29,718 nucleotides of DNA from Candidatus Dadabacteria bacterium (lineage in GTDB: Bacteria > Desulfobacterota_D > UBA1144 > Nemesobacterales > Nemesobacteraceae). Under the pieces are notes generated by a model. It made no database searches and was not told the DNA's origin. It was given only the letters and a program-made list of their open reading frames with translations. The stretch is taken from NCBI GenBank assembly GCA_026709745.1, contig JAPOSJ010000126.1:1-29718 (forward strand), in the 5' to 3' direction. Below, piece after piece: positions 1 through 9,115 of the stretch (positions are counted from its first letter, which is position 1; each line of letters begins with the position of its first letter). Both the position numbers and the translations under genes were made by a program.

Positions 1-820
1 GTAAGCTCGTCCCGTGAATAATAACGCTCAGACCGCTTGGTCCGCGGCTGAACTTCAAGCCGTTTTGTTATCCTTTATATAGACGATTGTGGAGACGAAA
101 TCATAGGCGGGAAACAAGAAAGAACTGCGTTCCGTCCATCAAAATGCTTTCCCGCCGGAAAATAGTGATGTCTCAAGGCAGGTTGCCAACCTCGTCAACG
201 TCCAAAAGCCTTCTCTCAGGCATGTCCATGCCGATAAGCCTAGCAAGTGTCATCATCGAGAATTCACACTCAGGTATTCCGGCAAAATGAAGCGAAGGCA
301 GCTTAATTATCCACGAACCACCGATGCCCCTTGCTGGAAGGGCAAGGTCGCCTCTAGATTCTTCAGCAACCGAGAACTTAAGCTGCACATAATACCCGCC
401 AGAGAAATGCGAAGCGCATTCTCGTCTTGCAAATTGTCACGACTTCCATCAGAAGATTCAGACGGCCATGGCCCGCAGGCCTGACGGTTATCGCTCTCGG
501 TAGATCCTCGCCCAGAGCTTGGAGCAAGAAAAATTCCCGGTCAGACTTCACTCCGGCGTGCCCCGCCAGATAGGAGCGCATGCACCCTTACAGAAGCAGG
601 TTTGAAAAAACGATATAAGCTGTATCTGCCTGGGTGGGAACTTCGTAATCAGTTCCCCGAACCGGTGGTCCTTGAACCCGAGGCTGATCACAGGTCTTAC
701 GGTATTCTCCACATAGGAGCGTTTAAAGGCGAACAAAGTGTGATCGTTGCCTCTACGCACGTAAGCATGGCTACGGGAGTACCCATGAAGCAGAACCTCA
801 AGAATATGAAAGTCAGTCAT
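1..820 (-). pseudogene. hipA: HipA-family kinase toxin pseudogene (frameshifts, in-frame stops, internal deletion; runs off the left edge)
   Basis: HipA-like segments lie in different minus-strand frames: MTDFHILEVLLHG...RPVISLGFKD...FF (ORF 548-832), MRSYLAGHAGVKSDREFFLLQALGEDLPRAI (378-581) and QLKFSV...GGSWIIKLPS...PECEFSMMTLAR (173-388). After TGA at 175-173 comes PAYDFVSTIVY (~111-80). The catalytic DxHxxN region is absent. Confidence 0.85.
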
Positions 821-913
821 CATCTTCCCCATACAAGCTGTAAAATGGCTAAGGTGGCGGATGTGTTGGGAGAGATGTTTGCCTGCTGAAACTGACGAAA
901 GTAAACGCCGAAG

Positions 914-1519
914 TTAGACAAAGTTGATACCAATTATGTTTTCAACTAATTTGTAAACAGTTGTTCCATTACTGTGTGGCCACTGGGAGCAGGCAGAAGC
1001 ATCCAGTTCTCTAGCTCGCTGCACAGCCTTCTCAATCATAGCTCTTGAAATATTCCTTTTGTTAATGTCTTTGGCATAATTGGGCATATGACGTCTCAAC
1101 CTCTGGGAACAGACCTGAGAACTGCTGATACCCTTTCCATCTTCAAAATGCAGAAGCAGCCAGAATTCAAACTTGGGATTGCTCAGAGCGAAACCATAAT
1201 TTTGAGCTTCCCCTGACCATTCGCTAAGTTCTAGAAGTTGCTCATCCGTCCATTGGTCTTTATCTACGACAAGCCAAGCCTCATCTGATTCCCTAAGATT
1301 TACTTCTTTCAAATAATCTCTCATTCTCTTAAGCACTTGTCTAGGTGCACTTCTGTCTCCTCCCCTAAGAAACTTGATATGTACAGTACGATTTCTGTCG
1401 TTGAAAATTGAAAAATACTGCGACTCTGTTTTGCTACCTTCAGTAGCGAGCACAAACATTTTCCTGTAACTGCGCTCGCTTGAGGGGCGTCTGAATTTTC
1501 TCCGATGTTTCGGAGAAAT
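914..1519 (-). CDS. RloB-family (TOPRIM-like, AbiLii-like) protein; the ORF track starts at ATG 1459, but the reading frame extends to ATT 1519
   Basis: Motifs ATEGSKTESQYF, WLVVDKD and SNPKFEFWLLLHF are typical of RloB-like proteins. The gene lies directly downstream of an AAA ATPase. The in-frame upstream extension SPKHRRKFRRPSSERSYRK resembles the basic N-termini I recall for this family. Confidence 0.85.
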   Translation of the reverse strand: MSPKHRRKFRRPSSERSYRKMFVLATEGSKTESQYFSIFNDRNRTVHIKFLRGGDRSAPRQVLKRMRDYLKEVNLRESDEAWLVVDKDQWTDEQLLELSEWSGEAQNYGFALSNPKFEFWLLLHFEDGKGISSSQVCSQRLRRHMPNYAKDINKRNISRAMIEKAVQRARELDASACSQWPHSNGTTVYKLVENIIGINFV

Positions 1520-2841
1520 TAACTGTCCTCCCTCCAGTTAATTTCAGCATTATTTAAAGAGAACCTAGGAATGCCACCCAATCGCCCCTGAAGATAGCTT
1601 TTACGAATATCCTTGTCATAGCGGATACCTTTGTAGTCGTTAAAGGAAAAAATTTCGGAACTTCCCTCGGAGTTTTTCTCAGTAACCCACATTTCATCAC
1701 GACGGAAAAGACGCTGATCCATAAGGGAGACATCGTGCATGGTGAACATCAACTGCCCGCGGCTCTGCGCATTGCAGCTGGCTAGGTAAGTTTGGATCAG
1801 TTTTCTCGTAAGCAAAGGGTGAAGGCTTCGGTCCAGTTCATCAATTACATATACCCTGTTCAAACCAAAAGCCGGTTCGCCGAGAAAGGCTGGAAGCAGA
1901 TCAATTACCCTGCGGGAACCTTCTGATTCCTGATGAAATTCAAATTTGGCATCCGTTCCGTCAGTTTTGGGGTGAAACGTTACCAGTTTGTTCGCCACAA
2001 CGTCTCCGTTAGTTCGTGTAAAAACAAAACGTTCGCTACCAACACTGATTTCAACGTATCTGCCTTCTTTAATTTCTTCCTTCAGTTTATTTTTGAAGCC
2101 CTCTTCCAAAGGAATGCTGTCGAAGCGTATCTTTTCGAAATTCAGACTGGAAATACCCGTATCAAGTTGGGGAATTATTTTATTGATCGCATCGCGCATC
2201 GGATGTTCTTCATCAAGCAGAAATTCGAATCTTCTGTAAACCGAATCCGGGGCAATCAACTGCAGGGAATTTCTGAACCAGTCATAAACCGGTTTGAAAT
2301 CGAGAACCTTCTGAGATATAGAATTTGTAAGAAAAAGCTGGTTTTCCCTTGTGCCCCGAAAAGCAAAAAGTAGGAACTGTTTGTCGCTGAGGGACCTGTG
2401 AAAATTCGGTTCGTCCCCTTGGCGATCATACAGGGTCTTCTCTCCTGTGCTCGTAATCTGGATAAGCTTCTCCTCGACAATAGTCTTTCTGGTCGCGGCA
2501 AAGCTGAGTTCGTAGATTTTTTCATTAACCAGCAGTTCTATCCTGAACTTGGAAGGTTTTTCCATATATCCACTTATGAGCCGATGCGGCTCTACGGGAA
2601 TAAGTCTGTCAGGACCCGTTCCTTCAAGAACAAGATTTTTGACAAAATCGAGAGCCCTGAAGAAATTGGTTTTGCCCGAGGCATTGGCTCCATAGATTGC
2701 AGTAACGGGCAGAATTCTCATCTGGTATTTCTCGACCTTCGGGATCCGGTTTCCATGCTGTCTTTCCCGGCTTGCAACCATCAAGAAAGAAACAAGATCA
2801 CGAAAAGACATCCAGTTCTCTATTGAAAAACTTATGATCAT
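1519..2841 (-). CDS. AAA_21/ABC-type ATPase, RloA/AbiLi-like
   Basis: Walker A IYGANASGKTN, signature ESEGSRR, Walker B YVIDELDRSLHP, FTMHD, RRDEMW and the C-terminal YLQGRLGGIP. It is paired with RloB. Confidence 0.9.
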   Translation of the reverse strand: MIISFSIENWMSFRDLVSFLMVASRERQHGNRIPKVEKYQMRILPVTAIYGANASGKTNFFRALDFVKNLVLEGTGPDRLIPVEPHRLISGYMEKPSKFRIELLVNEKIYELSFAATRKTIVEEKLIQITSTGEKTLYDRQGDEPNFHRSLSDKQFLLFAFRGTRENQLFLTNSISQKVLDFKPVYDWFRNSLQLIAPDSVYRRFEFLLDEEHPMRDAINKIIPQLDTGISSLNFEKIRFDSIPLEEGFKNKLKEEIKEGRYVEISVGSERFVFTRTNGDVVANKLVTFHPKTDGTDAKFEFHQESEGSRRVIDLLPAFLGEPAFGLNRVYVIDELDRSLHPLLTRKLIQTYLASCNAQSRGQLMFTMHDVSLMDQRLFRRDEMWVTEKNSEGSSEIFSFNDYKGIRYDKDIRKSYLQGRLGGIPRFSLNNAEINWREDS

Positions 2842-3048
2842 TTGATGTATTTTTATACGATATTAACTCATTAGATATACTTTATGTACATAAAATAAGC
2901 ACTAAAAACAAGTTTAAAAGAGAAAAAATCTCTTAAATTGGCTACCTCATTCTAGACAGAAACAAGCCCCGCTCCCTCAGGGAAAAACTTTCGGAAAAGA
3001 GCAAACAGAAAGGGAGGATTCGCTACCTTTATCTGTAGAGAAAAAACA

Positions 3049-3581
3049 ATGAGAATATGGGCACTCAGAGAATTGCTGGATCTGCTGTCGGAAAACGATA
3101 TACACGCTTTCACAAACGGGATGGTCAGATTTTTCTCCTAGGTAAACAGGAAAAAATCTGAAAAAGACTCTTAAAAATCCATTAAGGGCAACCTAATCGA
3201 AAGAGTCTGCCGGGGCGTATACTCTTGTATACGCAGGCCAACTCGCAAAACCACTACAAACTTGAATCAGTCACGTTCGCGCTTCGTAGGGGAAAATATT
3301 CTTACATAAGTCTTGAGACGGCTCTTTCGGAATACCACATAACAAGCAAGATTGCTCTTAACCACTTTTATTGTTATGAAGACGGGAAGAAACCAGAAAT
3401 ACAAAACACCCTACAAGATAATAGAGTTTACTCATACTTCGCGAGCGGAATTCGATATTGTGCTCAATACCCACCGGTAGGATGGAAAGCCACTCAGGGC
3501 AGCCAATCCCGAGACGGCTTTTTAAAACCTGAAGCGGGCGGGATGAAACATTCACATAGTTTCATTGGAGACTTATCATGA
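3049..3581 (+). pseudogene. AbiEi-like type IV TA antitoxin pseudogene; cognate AbiEii toxin gene absent
   Basis: ATG at 3049. Fragments in shifting frames include LRRGKYSYISLETALSEY, TGRNQKYKTPYKIIEFTHTSR and ETAF*NLKRAG. An ATGA overlap at 3578-3581 is followed immediately by a stop (ATG AGG TGA). Confidence 0.7.
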
Positions 3582-3805
3582 GGTGACCCGCAACCTCAGT
3601 TGCGTTAACTGAAAAAATCTGAAGAATTGTCACAAGCTCCCCGGTCCTCTCAAATCTGCACCTGATAACCTCATCGCGGAGAAATCCTCAAATTTACGTC
3701 TCTCTGCAAGGCGCGGCACATTGCGATACTGGCCTAGTCCACTTCCGAATGCAGTAGCAACATGTATTTACTAACAATCCCGGATTCACTATATAATATA
3801 AGAGT

Positions 3806-4198
3806 ATGAAGAAACTTCTTCTTTTGATCGTCGCGCTCTGCCTCTTTCCCTTAGGAGCTCTTGCCGGAGGACTGCCCGCCGATTCCCCTGAAACCGCAGC
3901 ACCGCCCATCACAGAAGGCGCCGGAGGAAAAATCTTCATACATCCCGAAACGGGAGAGATTCTTACCTACAGGCAATGGCTTGATCTCGGAATCGAAGAG
4001 CAGAAACCCGACCCACAAGCCCTCCCGGAAGACCGCACCGGTCAAAAAGAGAACTTTCCAGAGGTACTTCAGGGGAAACGCGTTGAGCTTGAAAACGGGG
4101 ATTACGTAATAGTCGTCGACATGCCCCCCTCTCATGGTGTCCACACAAGGGTGCGCATGGACAAGGACGGAGTGCCTCAAATAGAATGCAATCACTAG
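3806..4198 (+). CDS. Small secreted protein (resembles post-PEP-CTERM-1-type proteins found upstream of secreted peptidases)
   Basis: Signal peptide MKKLLLLIVALCLFPLGALA, motif KIFIHPETGE and C-terminal RMDKDGVPQIEC. It overlaps the next gene by 13 nt. The family name is from recall only. Confidence 0.7.
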   Translation: MKKLLLLIVALCLFPLGALAGGLPADSPETAAPPITEGAGGKIFIHPETGEILTYRQWLDLGIEEQKPDPQALPEDRTGQKENFPEVLQGKRVELENGDYVIVVDMPPSHGVHTRVRMDKDGVPQIECNH

Positions 4199-5568
4199 CA
4201 CGGACTGAGAAAACCCTCTCCATAATTCTCTTCGTGCTGGCCACTATTTTCTTGGCAGAGCGTCCGTGCGCAGCTGTTGAGATTCGTGAAATATATTCAG
4301 ACACTGCAGACGAAGGGTTTAACGACCGGACTCCCCTCACGCAGGACCAGATAGCCATGCTCTCGGCGCGCGGAAATACCGCCCGGACTCTCGGAGAAGC
4401 CAGAAAAAAGGCTTTTGAGTACGCAACTTCCACTTTGGAGAGCAGGCTCACCAACTCAAGCATAATAAGGATAGAGGCCGAATTCGTATTTTTCGACGAG
4501 CAGGAAGACCCGCTTAACCCTGGTCAGTGCGGTCAATTAGGAAACATAGTAGTAGTCGGATTTGCGGGACCCACGGGTTATGGCTTCCAAGGAAGCAGAC
4601 TCGATGTGGAATTTAACAACTCAGATCCCCCCATGCAGATAAACTCACCGGGGCTTGGAACCGGCTATCCTTACGCGCTTTTTGAAGCCCTTGGGCATGG
4701 AAATCTGAACGGACAGGATGCCGATATCCAGATCAAGTTCACCAAGTGCGTGGATTTTTACTACGGGTTAACTGAAGCTCCTGCCGGAAGTAACCTTGTT
4801 GATTTTGTTCAGCTCGCAATCCATGAGATCATGCACGGAATCGGGTTTCTCTCTTTGATCAGAAGCGACGGCAGTTATCCCACCATAAATGTAGATCTGA
4901 GCGGAACAAGAAACGGGCAAGCTTTCACAGCCTCCGCAAGAATAGTGCTTCGGACAATTTTCGACGAGCAGCTTTACTCAGAAGCAGATGGCGACACTCT
5001 GGTCGATATCACTCCCCAGAAGAGGTCCTTCGCGCTCACTTCACAGACAGGGCTTCTCTGGGAAGGGACTGACGGAGGGAGGAACTCACACAGCTGCGGA
5101 GTAAGGATCGCGGAGGCAGTACCCTCCTCCGCGAGGGCAAACGATGGAAAACCACTGCTCCACGCCCCAGCGCTTTTCACTGAAGCCTCATCCGTCTCGC
5201 ATGTGTACTCAACCGCGGGGGACACAATGGAAGCAACAGCTCCCTCACCGAGAAAGATGGAACTCTCTCTCGGCATGCTGAGTGACCTAGGCTGGCAAGT
5301 AAGTGGCCTTCCGTCTGGGTGCGCGCCCACAGAAACGACAAATAACCCATCACCACCATCTACAGAACCGGAACCTGAGCCAGAGCTCGATCCAGATCCA
5401 GAAGAAGAGCTGCCCTCACCAGCCAGCCCGGATCAGTCGGGAGGGGGATGCGCACTTGCTTCGGGCAAGACAAAAGACCATGGACAAACCGCTCCGCTTT
5501 ACCTGCTGCTCGGCACTTTCGCCATATTCACGGCCCTCTCACGTAAAAACCGCTCCGCAACGGAATAA
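4186..5568 (+). CDS. Secreted zinc metallopeptidase-like protein with a C-terminal GGGC-TM-basic sorting/anchor signal
   Basis: N-terminal signal, HEIMHGIGF (HExxH) and SSVSH. These are followed by a Pro/Glu-rich linker (PSTEPEPEPELDPDPEEE), then SGGGCALA, a hydrophobic helix (PLYLLLGTFAIFTAL) and a basic tail (RKNR). Confidence 0.8.
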   Translation: MQSLARTEKTLSIILFVLATIFLAERPCAAVEIREIYSDTADEGFNDRTPLTQDQIAMLSARGNTARTLGEARKKAFEYATSTLESRLTNSSIIRIEAEFVFFDEQEDPLNPGQCGQLGNIVVVGFAGPTGYGFQGSRLDVEFNNSDPPMQINSPGLGTGYPYALFEALGHGNLNGQDADIQIKFTKCVDFYYGLTEAPAGSNLVDFVQLAIHEIMHGIGFLSLIRSDGSYPTINVDLSGTRNGQAFTASARIVLRTIFDEQLYSEADGDTLVDITPQKRSFALTSQTGLLWEGTDGGRNSHSCGVRIAEAVPSSARANDGKPLLHAPALFTEASSVSHVYSTAGDTMEATAPSPRKMELSLGMLSDLGWQVSGLPSGCAPTETTNNPSPPSTEPEPEPELDPDPEEELPSPASPDQSGGGCALASGKTKDHGQTAPLYLLLGTFAIFTALSRKNRSATE

Positions 5569-5588
5569 AAAGATTTTCACAAGAACAG

Positions 5589-5641
5589 AACTGTGTCCGA
5601 GGAGAAACGCCGCAGCGGACGGACACAGCGGCAGTTTTTTT
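5589..5641 (+). terminator. Probable intrinsic terminator of the 3806-5568 operon
   Basis: Inverted repeat CTGTGTCCG (5591-5599) / CGGACACAG (5620-5628), followed by a T7 run at 5635-5641. The loop is long and the spacing to the T run is atypical. Confidence 0.45.
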
Positions 5642-6117
5642 ACCCCCACCCTCTCTCGGACATTGACGGGGGGGGCGATGTTCCCGATAAAGATTAGGGA
5701 TAGTGGCCGTAACTTCCGGAGAGGGGATTGACACTAGTGGAGCGCTTACCGATCTGTTTCTGCAGATATCCCGTACCCCGCGTGGGAATAAAGCTGGGGG
5801 CCCATGGCGCTGATAAAGATCATGATGCACGCGGGCAGTCCCGTGGTGAAATTGAGAAAGCGGATATACTTAGCGCAGAAGATCCCGGGGATGCAAAGCG
5901 GCTTCAGGACATCACAGAAGGGGTGGGGAAATACCTTGATAATGCAAAGGGAAAGATCCTTCGCGGGAGGAGAGAATATCCCGCATCAAAAAGACAATTG
6001 AGAGAAACGGGGCTCAGCAGACAGAAAATGATGGCCGCAGCTGATGTGCACAGAGCACGGCAGTAAAATCGCACATGCAAAACATCGGCTCCGGGAGTTT
6101 CAGATCATCTTGCTTTA

Positions 6118-7302
6118 TCACTCACCCAAGCGGTGTTTGCGAAGAATCGATACCATCTCCCTAAGACCGATCGCCTCAACGCCCTCGGCGAGCGGATAGC
6201 GCTCCCCGTCCGCTGTGACGACAAAGCAGCGCTCGGGTCTTAAGTCTTGTACCGCATTTCGAAAGCCCTTTCCCAGCGCGCCTCCGGCACTGCGTTTGAT
6301 CTCGACTGCCCAGGGAGCCCGGCTTCCGGGAAGTTCAAGCACAAGGTCAATTTCAGCTCCCGCCGCGGTACGGTAAAAACTTGCCATGGTTCTTGTAGGA
6401 GCGGCGCAGAGAAGGTTTTCTATCACGAAACCCTCCCAGCTCATCCCGACTACGGGATGGCCGGCAAGGGAGTTATGATCCGCAATGCCGAGCAGGGCGT
6501 GAACGATGCCGCTGTCGCGCACGTAGAGTTTCGGGGAACGTACGAGACGCTTTTTCACGTTGGCGTAAAACGGCCGTAGCCTACGTACCAGCAGCAGAGA
6601 AGCGAGCAGATCTATGTAACCGCTGACTGTACGCGCACTTATGGAAAGACCCGACGCAAGCTTTGAGATGTTAAGCAGAGTACCCTGACCGTGGGCAAGC
6701 ATGATCCACAGACGCTCAAGGGTTTCAGCCGGAATCTGCCATCCGAACTGCTGAACATCGCGCTCAAGATAGGTACGGATGAAACCGTCTCGGAAGGCCA
6801 GACTGTCTTCATCGTCCCGAGCCAGAAAACTGTCGGGAAACCCGCCGCGTACCCACAGCGAATTAAGTGAGCCTTCGTCCTCTCCCGCTTCAAGCACACC
6901 CAGAGGATTGAGTTCAACATATTCTATTCGCCCTGCAAGACTTTCTCCCGATTGTCTAAGCAAATCGATCGATGCGGATCCGAGTATCAGGAAACGCCCC
7001 GTCCGCCTGCCCCGGCGTCTTCCCTGATCTATCAGGCCGCGCAGTTCAGAAAAAAGCTCCGGCACGCGGTGAATCTCGTCAAGGATAACCAGACAGTCTT
7101 CATAGGACCTTAGAAATAATGCTGGCTCAGCCAGTTTGGCACGATCCGCACGAGCTTCGAGATCAAGGTACAGCGCTTCTGACTTCCCGGCAATATCAAG
7201 AGCTAAGGTGGTTTTGCCGACCTGGCGCGGACCGATCAGTGCCACGGCGGCCTGCCGGTCAAGGGCTTTTCTTAAAGCGGGGAGAGCATGACGTTTTATC
7301 AT
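6118..7302 (-). CDS. AAA_14 ATPase with C-terminal DUF4143 (PD-(D/E)xK-like) domain
   Basis: Motifs GPRQVGKTT, ILDEIHR, LGSAS, RGGFP, KRLVRSPKLYVRDSG and YRTAAGAEIDLVLE...AVEIK. Confidence 0.9.
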   Translation of the reverse strand: MIKRHALPALRKALDRQAAVALIGPRQVGKTTLALDIAGKSEALYLDLEARADRAKLAEPALFLRSYEDCLVILDEIHRVPELFSELRGLIDQGRRRGRRTGRFLILGSASIDLLRQSGESLAGRIEYVELNPLGVLEAGEDEGSLNSLWVRGGFPDSFLARDDEDSLAFRDGFIRTYLERDVQQFGWQIPAETLERLWIMLAHGQGTLLNISKLASGLSISARTVSGYIDLLASLLLVRRLRPFYANVKKRLVRSPKLYVRDSGIVHALLGIADHNSLAGHPVVGMSWEGFVIENLLCAAPTRTMASFYRTAAGAEIDLVLELPGSRAPWAVEIKRSAGGALGKGFRNAVQDLRPERCFVVTADGERYPLAEGVEAIGLREMVSILRKHRLGE

Positions 7303-7497
7303 CCTTGCAAAAGATACATAGCTCTTTTTTATTTACAAGGATATTTTTCTGTGCAGTTTAGATAATATGAAAGATTCATTCTGGTAATTTGAAGGCAAAT
7401 TGTTTATAATGGCCACCTGTAAACTTAAGCGGGGATTACTGATTTCCGTAAACTGACTAATACTAAGGGAGCTTCTAACGAGACGGACGTTCGCTAT

Positions 7498-8134
7498 ATG
7501 CCTTCCTATGGCGTTGTGGAAGCTGCTCTGTATTTAAGACTCCCCAGTTCCACTTTGCGTGCGTGGATTGGAAGACAATCAGGTTTTGAGCCCCTGATCT
7601 TCCCCGCTCGGGAAAAACCAATTACTCTGTCTTTCATCAATTTAGTTGAGGGGTACGTACTCGCTTCAATACGTAGAAAGTACAGAGTTTCCATGAACAA
7701 AATCAGAAAGGGTCTTGATTTTATAACAAAGAATTACCCTTCTCAAAATCCACTGGCCGAAAAGAATTTCGAGACAGACGGACTATATCTGTTTTTAAGG
7801 GAGGCAGATTTTGTTTATAACATCCCTAGGGAACATGGGCAGATAATACCGGAAGAGATAAATTAAAAAATACATGCGAAGAATAGAAAGGGATATGCAC
7901 GGTCTTCCCATCAAGCTCTATCCATTTTCGGGGAACGGAGAGCCGAATGAGCCTAAATCAATCCTGATCGATCCCAAAATTTCATTTGGTCACCCGATTT
8001 TATCCGACATAAGCATCCCGGTAGAAATTATCGTTGAAAGCTACAGGGCAGGAGAATCCATTGGAGAACTGGCCGGGGATTATGAATGCGGCCAGCAAAA
8101 AATTGAAGAAGCAGTCAGATGTCAATTATGGTAA
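7498..8134 (+). pseudogene. DUF433-containing VapB45-like antitoxin, split by a frameshift near 7860-7872
   Basis: The N-part is PSYGVVEAALYLRLPSSTLRAW...LSFINLVEGYVL (7498-7866). The C-part is MRRIERD...GLPIKLYPF...IDPKISFGHP...IEEAVR (7874-8134, DUF433). The frames join across GAGATAAATTAAAAAATAC. Confidence 0.8.
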
Positions 8135-8270
8135 CAAGCCGCTTGAATCAATCTTCTTCTTTCTAGATCGTGCGCTTGGAAAATACACAGTAGCCGAGAG
8201 GCTGACTCAGGAAGGGGAAAAATTCAAAACAGAGAGCCTCCTGCAAGTACGAATTTCCACACAGCGTTGA
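8128..8270 (+). pseudogene. N-terminal fragment of a VapC45/PIN_10-like toxin
   Basis: KPLESIFFFLDRALGKYTVAERL matches the FFLDRSLG start of VapC45-like toxins. The nearest ATG (8128) is out of frame, and similarity ends after about 30 codons. Confidence 0.7.
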
Positions 8271-8317
8271 ATCCAGAATTTCTCTATGATACAGTCGTAA
8301 GTGACGGGGGTAAGTAT

Positions 8318-9115
8318 ATGCGTACTGGAATAACTATTACAATTGAATCTGCCAAATCTGATCGAGAGCACGTAAGCCTTGATGATTTCTCATTTCAACT
8401 CGAAGCATTAAGGAAAGTTCTCTATAGTACCGAATCTTCCCTTTCGGGAGAAAATGCTGAAATCGACTGGCAAATTGTAGATCTGACACACCCAAGTCCT
8501 GCAGAAGTTGTTCTCCGGCCCGTTGGTACACGCATTACCACAGATACAGACATAATCTCCGAAACGGTAAACAAGGTTGTCCGCTGTTTTAAAGCTCTTT
8601 CTGAGGATATTTCTCTACCAGTTGAAATGAGTCAGCAGATGCTTGGTCATTACAAGACTTTCAGCGACAGAGTTCGAAAAGGAGTTCTCAGGGTCAGTAT
8701 AAAAAGTGAAACGGATATTGTTAAAATTAATAAAACCGTAATTGACGCTGTAGTTCCGTCAGAGTCTGAATCAATTGGAACAGTAGAGGGACGTCTGGAA
8801 TTTCTGAATATCCATGCCGATAGGAATGTATTTCGAATTTATTCAGCCATACCACCTGAACAGGTAAATTGCTTTTTTTCTCCTGATAAGATTAAAGAAG
8901 CGCGGGAAGCGGTTGGTCGTAAAATCAGGGTGCTGGGTAAACTTACATATCCAAAGGGAGAGAATTTTCCGAGATCCATTAAAGTTGCATCTATTGAGTT
9001 GCTTCCTGAAGATGATGACCTGCCGAGCCTCGGGGATTTGCGCGGGATAGCTCCTGATATAACTGGCGATCTCTCTTCTGAGGAGTTTGTGAGAAATCTC
9101 AGAGATGCCGAATAA
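8318..9115 (+). CDS. Uncharacterised ~265-aa protein, putative antitoxin partner of the downstream PIN gene
   Basis: Intact ORF. The likely start is ATG 8318, after GGGGT; the ORF track begins at 8267. It has a beta-rich C-terminal domain and the tail LPSLGDLRGIAPDITGDLSSEEFVRNLRD. It overlaps the PIN start at 9105. Confidence 0.75.
   Translation: MRTGITITIESAKSDREHVSLDDFSFQLEALRKVLYSTESSLSGENAEIDWQIVDLTHPSPAEVVLRPVGTRITTDTDIISETVNKVVRCFKALSEDISLPVEMSQQMLGHYKTFSDRVRKGVLRVSIKSETDIVKINKTVIDAVVPSESESIGTVEGRLEFLNIHADRNVFRIYSAIPPEQVNCFFSPDKIKEAREAVGRKIRVLGKLTYPKGENFPRSIKVASIELLPEDDDLPSLGDLRGIAPDITGDLSSEEFVRNLRDAE

Noticed and set aside
847-919. Possible integron attC site after rloB: GTCTAAC overlapping the stop codon and CTTAGCC about 65 nt downstream (minus strand)
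   Set aside because: The R' site lacks the invariant GTT, L boxes with correct spacing are not evident, no similar sites follow the other cassettes, and there is no integrase in the window.
2845-2940. Possible 22-bp periodic repeat upstream of the RloA-like ATPase (TATAC at 2854 and 2876)
   Set aside because: Only a 5-mer recurs twice in very AT-rich sequence, which cannot be distinguished from chance.
5700-6100. ORF 5728-6066 (+) and overlapping short ORFs between the peptidase terminator and the ATPase
   Set aside because: No recognisable motif or convincing start signal. It may be a gene remnant, but I cannot assign it.
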